Positions 25,701 to 28,877 of a stretch of 45,820 bases of DNA are shown piece after piece. The stretch covers positions 1 to 45,820 of the forward strand of contig JACQQY010000019.1 of the NCBI GenBank assembly GCA_016206825.1, read 5' to 3'. The notes below the pieces were generated by a model, which was not told the DNA's origin, searched no databases, and saw only the letters and a program-made list of their open reading frames with translations. The stretch's first letter is position 1. Each line of letters begins with the position of its first letter. This DNA is from Candidatus Omnitrophota bacterium (GTDB lineage: Bacteria; Omnitrophota; Gorgyraeia; 2-02-FULL-51-18). The position numbers were made by a program, and so were the translations under genes.

Positions 25701-27217
25701 CCAATCAGTTGTATTTCAAAGTTGATGCGCTTCTTCAGTTTTTTGGTATCAGCAATTTAGATGAGTACGAAAGGATGCCACAAAAAGAACTGGCTCATCG
25801 AGTCAGGACGGCTTTATCCCAATTACCTCTTTATGTCGAAATAAAAGATGTCATTACTTCCGGAGAAGATACAAAGGAGCCTCAAACACGCAAAGCAGCC
25901 CAAGTTGTCAGGCTTATAGGAGATTTCAGCCGTGTTTTCAAGACTCGTTACATTACAATTGATCGAGATGGCGAAGAAGGCGTAGGAGGATATGGAGCGC
26001 TCAAAGAAAAACAAGATACCACCGCCGCTTCGCATTGGCTCGAGGAAACCAACAACAAACAGAGAATATTTTTATTCGACCCAACTCCGGGAAAAAGTGA
26101 ATTTAATCCTACGCCGGTTGTTGCTCTTACAATAACTACAACTACAAGCGCTTCCAGTTCGCCTTACCCTCACAAAGATGACGTCAAGGAAGGACTTGAG
26201 CCCTTTGCGAACAATCAATCCAAAAATCCTGTCGTTTTAAACCAAGGCTCCCCCATCGAACAAAAAGACGAGCTCATCTTCGCTTTGAACGTCTACGACA
26301 ATACACGCAAAGAAGGTTACTTCGCGCTTGCCCGAAAACCGGAAGGGACGCCCGATATTCTTGGAATTGAGTTTAATAAAGAAAAGAATACCGTCATCGT
26401 TCATTTTAGCGGCCAAAAGAAAGTCGAAGTTAAAAATTACAGAGCCATTCTTCAGAGAAAAAGGACAGCCCGGCATTATGAGAAGGGAAGTCTTGTTTTA
26501 TCGAGAAAAGAGCTGATTCTCTCGGATATCGCTTTTGAGCTTAAAGAAGAGACGCTCGCCGTCGAAGAAAAGGCCAAGGGTCTCATCACCAACTCCCCTA
26601 AACTCTTGAAACTCAAGCTTCCCGGATTTATGAATGAAAACACCAAGACCACCGATGCCCTCTTTGTCGACTGGCTTATTCACGCCGCCCATAAGGCCAA
26701 GAGAGACAACGCGCTTCTTCTTTTGGAAGAAGGAAGCAGTTTCCGGATGGCGGAGATTCTGAAGAGGGCCTCCAAACTCTATCCGACAGAAAGATTTGTC
26801 TATTCCAGTGAACAAGAATTGCCCGAATCCCACAAAAATGCCAAGAGCGTCACGCTAACAGCCTTCAATCCTGAAGAGGCCCCCCACTTAGAAGAAAACC
26901 AGCTTTACCTCATCTCCCAAACCCTTGAAAAGGGCGCCATGCATAACCTGACGGCTCTTATTCAGACAGCTCTCGTTGAAGCGGAGGTGGGCCTTGAGGG
27001 AATGAGGGCAGACAACCCTCAATTTGACGGATTCAGAAATGTTTATGAAGCCCTGGGCGTGAAGATAGGGGATGACATCAACGGCTTTATCCAATTCACC
27101 AAAGGCATCGGCTTAAACCCACAGAAGATGGAACAGTGGGCCATCCCTTTTCACCGTGTCGATGAAATGCTGAGAGCTTATGCTCTGGGCGCCCGCATGG
27201 CTGAGCAGTCGGCGTAA
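16748..27217 (+). CDS. Giant multidomain protein (3,489 aa), hypothetical; signal-peptide-bearing modular protein, possibly a polyprotein
   Basis: Single stop-free frame of 10,470 nt. N-terminal basic plus hydrophobic segment ending AFA|FP. Recognisable modules are listed as separate 'other' features. Seven G-A-R-[LM]-[AG] junction motifs. No obvious SD; the ATG lies 11 nt after the tyrS stop. Confidence 0.8.
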   Translation: MDMLRNKKNKKTMKAGRAIFSLTSSYLLKIIAVFLVGSLTFEQFAFAFPEKRVVGSGSWVVDGKKEEKLAGFRLPESIASVEDSYFPSPTTHNPPPTSLVYLLQDPHTNFSGQINLAKTIDWVVGSGSWIVDKEKAPKGFTRHPFYVFLEAGQGNHTLSFLKKYASKEKTKEIAENFLRQGKLHGSEYLNLTSDYDVTLWGVENLPLYFKALESYKKTASQRNKFQSYLTQIESAINALKPRIYNPSAYTLDKQKDKYEKGELSLAEYFEVLSNSSEHTKTFPHLKLLNKLKKLEDSIDFNKAREEEQKAIHSLSIQDQKELKDLAQSTMKPLQRLNSKEDQAFFFLVEEKLNSRLPAYPHLSSYFHYLKLSKKLKANNLLKELKALEAQAFDSLLISQDEKTLFRSSKTLSLLKKLFNFQLTPEEWQEYQKLKEEWIQIPPAPFQIKRGLLFSSFSLSKRKPLPPFPFKGGRGDFITALTGFLNKKIMDFKDYYRETVFLEPGFEKIEKEAEAFYDLTFQRDQAFIQNMLHKLSQSSQIPPAPFEGKRGLVGLVEPQRTSPPFLLKGGRGDLNPSTHHPVFLMTGGFHTPNLKKLLKEKGISYVVITPQVFHETNQKRYEKLLLSRDLSSKPFTHAIPLGLTRPSYIGVDLLLYKGDLAHGFANTGEELNSKEEERAILEEMKRRLGGRDPQVAEQGSVRPTGTGARLALEDQKIQVSSSGPKDARIDPKAGRLTLAKTFINFLKAYFIVGLVIFFCSCNLGHQDKNVQKNALSLAGETNIPKDLESLKPFLEHQNDDVRSDAWLFAGGTNLFKNLESLKPLLEHKDANIRSEAWFLAREKNFFKDLESLKPFLEHQNVGVQVRAWSLAKETNLFKDLESLKPLLEHQDSYVQSTAWSLARETNLFKDSESLKPFLEHQNGYVQFRACSFARETNLFKDLESLKPLLEYQNSYVQSTAWSLAKETNLFKDLESLKPFLKHQNNDVRCKAWSLVRETNLFKDLESLKPFLYDKGRIVYKDAVYCLSECKLFEKEKDLSPYLKDTNHLEIACEALKVLIERKEFSLDPYENLLRAISIAEYDAGHGSFVNKPNSELFTELYSQFISRLNNHYAQNKLTPLQELEDIGLPVLHTLSYYKEYLKTLQEEDRLLFTRKVADLIVEQRTAHQDKIMIGSGMKVIVAAHGELGEGDLRFADAKFMKFLKQITGLETIPVFRGSEEDVKTTQEKNKYLKELEELSRQKKECVIIDLGHGGKEHFWFSGGQIESEESASPYHPLAVSFREYAEAFVKGQSQEKEIDLSHIAIIQSACYQYDLVERMFQEILKVTKEEKKSVKSLPFVMTLANKNRFGLSNKPGTYTSEPIFNAIYSLRLRHGIPVRLKHLYQIDQMIRGEGGQNPAIFIPIDPLKVQEKLGLPKEVEIKPFLEIGARLAQPGSRPEELTEVSAQTQTGRGPEKAKGDTLAKGSSLDNRQSGVKVPELGGMRSGGDLTPSAGTGLFSSESAGGGSIALPSSPRKSRRRLEESPLKRILATFHPLFFSSSGWSMNPDKIKPANMTPNIITHTVTHPLSEIKPSMWTGNKEKVSTGARLAGRVPGYFKNPDFPEFRDWLLSSDSPLTEREKEFLKIRYWWGDAGTVQSLKEVISKKEIRSRLGLGRWGIARLSAHLRRKIKELYRLRHAQKGFYPSNEGETAAGVNFLQSSGSRPAKVNHSKNAGARLGEKESQVSGADPLIEPSLLKAWWFGRAHRYAAAMGVPEKKAWEVIDRVLERSSWFAWKRVWRKVWMEEALKESEDIILKANMIYTAKSFVSRETSFTNEEKEIFKEAHERYFRLKNGGKARIEHDVEIPSKNFDYPIPADFLLPPNASGSHPVPAVILVHGMTHTRFEPDLNPLVRRLLEKGIAVLRVELPSHGDNQNRFKKPDDLDWMVKDSLDYLKKDPRIKSAAIGIAGFSFGAYVVLRSILDEKIAPYLRGFAAIAPPAIRTLTSFVHLVVILRPMKSQLMRVFGERFSWPLHSKISKLALNENRLLELTQDTPSLEKIAVVSMGSDRVIHDADIKILFEVFGKGPSQYRFFKKASHNLIGQDRQEADAFIADHFEKALGSNGARLGVKESVKSQRLTPEPKEEKKKEAGARLAINQLLMSAAKEDVYDKAERAFQLYQQTPQGKPSLTSDDRISLETLTILLLKASHAQAGEQSMWARFFCQIDSVRRAWQEQHFPGVIEWLQNFSGDSVVAQALTRFGTQTRLSDQSLPAKVSEIVLADTSGEGKDLIAIPTVQDASKTKEFIMILKPPTSFNPETIIEIVKRLIYFGYHVVGIRVYSGEHFAAHPEIIGSQYMEAWEGCQNGIQKAEEWAEIRRIYDTDEFEATFGERYSDQMVIPAAELGKRYGFSNEEITALWERGRREALFHNGRATGLNKVGSGRSVFPVKDPRINSGRPIIMVNGYVPSLLKLFQGPDARTVVFLIRNREDVQFPMSWESLRKQLLGNENDPSANPAGSIRRDAWTGNLPVRLQGVLNGQKNVAHLSSGPLEGLREAHIMMGRAIQDAPFGQQLLAAGYPESQIKYLMGNPKVRYLNKATGMYAVESLFRLTEYREPKEALAIILEYFPPYRESNPDLASSVPFDEFLEIQQAYQEGSLSVRTNRVQANVVQTSSVEPIYFPGIPEDEMRRLNETGVAGFQAGEAALIVPGGGTGGRYGGYHLPESHPDRQKVLAKALEAANGLRSPLEVRAAHVLWWSRHHQAKIPILIMGNESNLPAINDALEENDYYGLNPKQVDAYQQNGIYRINPMANDLSGQSDAALILASNGEPGGIFRDDEGHVSAKPAGHVEIIAQAVLNRRLLKLARQGVKVLVTANGDDMRFLLDPAKIAYFMESPEQMMAVLALKDVTYAIQVSGQKHRLIVRGQKVVQSSLPKEFHIEIDGNQALKITQDGNLVDIAIESKKVEKGGSLVDLKGTDEIRRPVILEGPAFPDEADQGQFPYFNTNQLYFKVDALLQFFGISNLDEYERMPQKELAHRVRTALSQLPLYVEIKDVITSGEDTKEPQTRKAAQVVRLIGDFSRVFKTRYITIDRDGEEGVGGYGALKEKQDTTAASHWLEETNNKQRIFLFDPTPGKSEFNPTPVVALTITTTTSASSSPYPHKDDVKEGLEPFANNQSKNPVVLNQGSPIEQKDELIFALNVYDNTRKEGYFALARKPEGTPDILGIEFNKEKNTVIVHFSGQKKVEVKNYRAILQRKRTARHYEKGSLVLSRKELILSDIAFELKEETLAVEEKAKGLITNSPKLLKLKLPGFMNENTKTTDALFVDWLIHAAHKAKRDNALLLLEEGSSFRMAEILKRASKLYPTERFVYSSEQELPESHKNAKSVTLTAFNPEEAPHLEENQLYLISQTLEKGAMHNLTALIQTALVEAEVGLEGMRADNPQFDGFRNVYEALGVKIGDDINGFIQFTKGIGLNPQKMEQWAIPFHRVDEMLRAYALGARMAEQSA
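16902..17143. repeat. G-tract / C-tract inverted repeat set inside the 5' end of the giant ORF
   Basis: GGGTGGTGGGTAGTGGGTCGTGGGTGGTGGATGGG (16902-16935). Its approximate reverse complement is CACCCACCACCCACAACCCACCACCCACGA (about 17010-17039). A second G-rich copy lies at 17112-17143. They are translated as VVGSGSWVVD / PTTHNPPPT / VVGSGSWIVD. Confidence 0.75.
18063..18174. repeat. Family-A palindromic element inserted in-frame in the giant ORF (copy 1)
   Basis: AAATCCCCCCCGCCCCCTTT ... AAAGGGGGCAGGGGGGATTT. Read through as IPPAPFQIKRGLLFSSFSLSKRKPLPPFPFKGGRGDF. Confidence 0.85.
18363..18465. repeat. Family-A palindromic element inserted in-frame in the giant ORF (copy 2)
   Basis: AAATCCCCCCTGCCCCCTTT ... 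AAAGGGGGCAGGGGGGATTT. Read through in the same frame as IPPAPFEGKRGLVGLVEPQRTSPPFLLKGGRGDL. Confidence 0.85.
19088..19831 (+). repeat. Eight tandem 93-nt (31-aa) HEAT-like coding repeats
   Basis: Units start at 19088, 19181, 19274, 19367, 19460, 19553, 19646 and 19739. Consensus NLFKDLESLKPFLEHQNxxVxxxAWSLAxET. A partial unit lies before 19088 and degenerate units after 19831. Confidence 0.85.
20260..20720 (+). other. Caspase-fold (clan CD)-like cysteine peptidase module of the giant protein
   Basis: Hydrophobic strand plus His-Gly (CVIIDLGHGG, His1251 at 20498-20500), and hydrophobic strand plus Cys (IAIIQSACYQ, Cys1309 at 20672-20674), 58 aa apart. An earlier strand reads KVIVAAHGE. Motif-level evidence only. 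Confidence 0.45.
21515..21886 (+). other. Sigma-70 region-4/LuxR-like helix-turn-helix module of the giant protein
   Basis: LTEREKEFLKIRYWWG...SLKEV...LGLGRWGIARLSAHLRRKIKELY resembles the L.eRer.vl.lry...s..eIa..lg.s...v......a..kLr pattern. Bounded by GARLA (21500) and GARLG (21887). Confidence 0.35.
22260..23056 (+). other. Alpha/beta-hydrolase module of the giant protein
   Basis: VILVHG strand; nucleophile elbow G-F-S-F-G (Ser1951, 22598-22600); GSDRVI (Asp2048, 22889-22891); ASHNL (His2078, 22979-22981). The order is the canonical Ser-Asp-His. Confidence 0.6.
23594..24400 (+). other. Nucleoside-diphosphate-kinase-like module with a large insertion
   Basis: KEFIMILKP (compare ERTFIMIKPD), LLGNENDPSANPAGSIRRDAW (compare GaTnP..A.pGTIRgDf) and KNVAHLSSGPLEGLREAHIM (compare N.iHGSDS.e.A.rEi; His2524 at 24317-24319). 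The first and last blocks are about 240 aa apart, versus about 105 in canonical NDK. Confidence 0.5.
24690..26050 (+). other. UDP-sugar pyrophosphorylase (UDPGP family)-like nucleotidyltransferase module
   Basis: LIVPGGGTGGRYGG (compare LNGGLGTsMG), AKPAGHVEI, VTANGDD and PYFNTNQLYF (compare FNTNN). Confidence 0.55.
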
Positions 27218-27228
27218 AAAGGGTTGTA

Positions 27229-27250
27229 GGGGCAGGTTCCAAACCTGCCC
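27229..27250. repeat. REP-like GC hairpin immediately after the giant-ORF stop
   Basis: GGGCAGGTT (27230-27238) / AACCTGCCC (27242-27250), 3-nt loop, no T-tract. Same GGGGCAG-type stem as the hairpins at 35584-35638. Confidence 0.7.
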
Positions 27251-27315
27251 AGAGACTGTCAAACCTGATTTGATGGACTCCCGTTTCCGAAGAAGACTTA
27301 CGGAGGAAACCGCCA

Positions 27316-27363
27316 ATGCGAGCTCTCTACGAGCTCTCTACAGCGCTTGACGGAAGGTTGTGA
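27316..27363 (+). CDS. Candidate 15-codon mini-ORF (MRALYELSTALDGRL)
   Basis: ATG 27316 lies 7 nt after a strong SD GGAGGAA (27302-27308). It contains an 11-nt tandem duplication GAGCTCTCTAC x2 (27320-27341). Confidence 0.2.
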   Translation: MRALYELSTALDGRL

Positions 27364-27366
27364 GAA

Positions 27367-27537
27367 ATGATACAGTTTAGGTGTATGAATTTGATATCCG
27401 AAAGAAAGATAGAATTTATTTCTAAGACTATCACGGACTTGGGAAAAGCGATGTTCGCCGTTGGCGTTGCCAGTTACTTTTTTGAGCGGTTCCCATTCGC
27501 TTGGAGAATCGTGATGGGCGGGTTGATGGAAGCCTGA
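27367..27537 (+). CDS. Candidate 56-aa small membrane protein
   Basis: My own translation: MIQFRCMNLISERKIEFISKTITDLGKAMFAVGVASYFFERFPFAWRIVMGGLMEA. One hydrophobic helix. GGAAGG lies 10 nt upstream. Below the ORF-track length cutoff. Confidence 0.3.
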   Translation: MIQFRCMNLISERKIEFISKTITDLGKAMFAVGVASYFFERFPFAWRIVMGGLMEA

Positions 27538-27620
27538 TGGAAATGATCGTTGCGGCAATTGTAGTGTTGCTATTTTCTCTGGCCTATGTTTACTTTGGCC
27601 GGCACCGCCACTCTCACTAA
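27537..27620 (+). CDS. Candidate 27-aa single-TM peptide
   Basis: My own translation: MEMIVAAIVVLLFSLAYVYFGRHRHSH. Its ATG overlaps the TGA of the preceding small ORF (TGATG). Confidence 0.3.
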   Translation: MEMIVAAIVVLLFSLAYVYFGRHRHSH

Positions 27621-27644
27621 CCCCATTGGGATTAGATTCTCTCC

Positions 27645-27730
27645 AAATCCCCCCTGCCCCCTTTTAAATAAAAAGGGGGTTGGTCAAACCCCGCTTCCTT
27701 CAGTAGTAGTTGCTCTTTAGTTCTTTCTCT
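27645..27730. repeat. Family-A palindromic element, truncated (left-half) copy
   Basis: AAATCCCCCCTGCCCCCTTTTAAATAAAAAGGGGGTTGG... plus the internal GTTGCTCTTTAG block. The right terminal repeat is absent. Confidence 0.7.
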
Positions 27731-27772
27731 ATAATGACAAATTGTAAAAATTGTAAAAAGTCGTAAAATATA

Positions 27773-27801
27773 TTGACAATTCTTTTCACGGATGATACCT
27801 T
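27773..27801 (+). promoter_or_regulatory. Candidate promoter upstream of rplM (TTGACA-N17-TACCTT, TGn)
   Basis: TTGACA 27773-27778, spacer ending TGA, TACCTT 27796-27801, in an AT-rich stretch that also holds TATAAT (27730-27735) and the direct repeat ATTGTAAAA x2. It lies very close to the rplM start, so the call is uncertain. Confidence 0.25.
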
Positions 27802-27812
27802 TAAAGGCCATT

Positions 27813-28259
27813 ATGCGGCAGAAATTGACGGGTTTTGTGAAGCCAAAGGATTGTCAGGAAAAGACGTGGCATTTGGTGGACGCGCAGGGGCAGGTGCTGG
27901 GGCGTCTGGCGTCGAGGATTGCGCGTATGCTGACGGGAAAGACCCGGACGAATTACACGCCTCATGTCGACATGGGAGAGGGCGTGATCGTCGTCAACGC
28001 TTCCCAGGTTCGGGTCACCGGAGATAAGATGAAGGCCAAGCGCTACACCTCTTTTTCGGGATATCCCGACGGATTCAAGGAAAGGCCTTACGAGAGGGTT
28101 CTCCGGGAAAACCCCGCTTATCTCTTGAAACATGCGGTCAAGGGCATGCTGCCGAAGACGAGGCTTGGGCGGCGGATGATGACGAGGTTTCTGGTTTATC
28201 CCGGGAGCAAACACCCGCATGAAGCGCAAAGGCCCAAAACCTTGGATTTTAAACTTTAG
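27813..28259 (+). CDS. rplM: 50S ribosomal protein L13
   Basis: WHLVDAQGQVLGRLASRIARMLTGK is a typical L13 N-terminus. ATG 27813 is preferred over the ORF-track 27792 because of N-terminal length. Confidence 0.9.
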   Translation: MRQKLTGFVKPKDCQEKTWHLVDAQGQVLGRLASRIARMLTGKTRTNYTPHVDMGEGVIVVNASQVRVTGDKMKAKRYTSFSGYPDGFKERPYERVLRENPAYLLKHAVKGMLPKTRLGRRMMTRFLVYPGSKHPHEAQRPKTLDFKL

Positions 28260-28268
28260 AGTTACCCC

Positions 28269-28715
28269 ATGGACGAAATTTCTCAAAACGCGGTTCAGGA
28301 ACAGAAGAGCGTGAAGCCGAAGGCGCCTCATCAGAAACAGATGGCGACGGGGCGCCGCAAAGAGGCGACCGCCCGCGTCCAGCTTTTTGAAGGCACCGGC
28401 AAAATTTACGTCAACAAACGGGAGATTCAGGACTATTTTACTCGTCCGACGCTCCGGATGATCGTGAAACAACCCCTTGAGGCGCTGAGATTACAGGACA
28501 AATTGGACGTCATCGCCAACGTTCGGGGAGGGGGCCTTGCCGGCCAAGCCGGCGCCGTTCGTCTGGCCATTTCGAGAGCTCTCACCCAACACGACCCCAG
28601 TCTCCGGCCTTTCTTAAGGCGGGGGGACTACCTCACCCGGGATCCCCGAATGAAGGAACGTAAAAAGTACGGGCGCAAGGGAGCCCGCCGCCGCTTCCAG
28701 TTCTCCAAGAGATAA
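28269..28715 (+). CDS. rpsI: 30S ribosomal protein S9
   Basis: [30 protein letters not shown] and the C-terminal [17 protein letters not shown]. The N-terminal extension is about 24 aa if 28269 is the true start. An alternative ATG lies at 28341. Confidence 0.9.
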   Translation: MDEISQNAVQEQKSVKPKAPHQKQMATGRRKEATARVQLFEGTGKIYVNKREIQDYFTRPTLRMIVKQPLEALRLQDKLDVIANVRGGGLAGQAGAVRLAISRALTQHDPSLRPFLRRGDYLTRDPRMKERKKYGRKGARRRFQFSKR

Positions 28716-28748
28716 GAAGGTGTGAAAAAATTCCTTCGGCCCTTTGTC

Positions 28749-28826
28749 ACCCCCGCAATGTTTAAGCGGGGGTCTTTCACTGAGGGGCCCCTCCACGAGA
28801 GATTCCCGCTAAAACATTGCGGGAAT
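28749..28826. repeat. Composite imperfect palindrome (two inverted hairpins flanking GAGGGGCCCCTC); hairpin 1 is a possible rpsI terminator
   Basis: ACCCCCGC-aatgtttaa-GCGGGGGT (28749-28773). 12-nt palindrome GAGGGGCCCCTC (28782-28793). ATTCCCGC-taaaacatt-GCGGGAAT (28802-28826), which approximates the reverse complement of hairpin 1. Confidence 0.65.
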
Positions 28827-28853
28827 GACAGGAGGCGATTTTTACGCGAGTCG

Positions 28854-28862
28854 TGATATAAT
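28854..28862 (+). promoter_or_regulatory. Candidate extended -10 promoter for the arg operon
   Basis: TGATATAAT (TGn + TATAAT at 28857-28862), 15 nt upstream of the argC ATG (28878). No good -35 element. Confidence 0.4.
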
Positions 28863-28877
28863 GAAGGAATTTATCCC

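Noticed and set aside
16748-27217. The giant ORF as a chimeric misassembly or as several genes fused by sequencing errors.
   Set aside because: This cannot be excluded without reads, so I did not adopt it. The frame stays open across every module junction, and the junctions carry a recurring in-frame motif. The in-frame repeats also preserve the frame. All this argues for a genuine continuous coding sequence. Flagged for long-read verification.
27298-27558. 86-aa minus-strand ORF in the gap after the giant gene.
   Set aside because: It has no SD or recognisable motif, and it spans the 11-nt duplication on the opposite strand. The plus-strand mini-ORFs have SD-like sequences and a coupled stop/start, so they are the better, though still weak, candidates.
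27773-28472. Track ORFs 27773-28027 (+) and 27801-28472 (-) overlapping rplM and rpsI.
   Set aside because: These are alternative-frame and antisense shadows of the clearly identifiable L13 and S9 genes.
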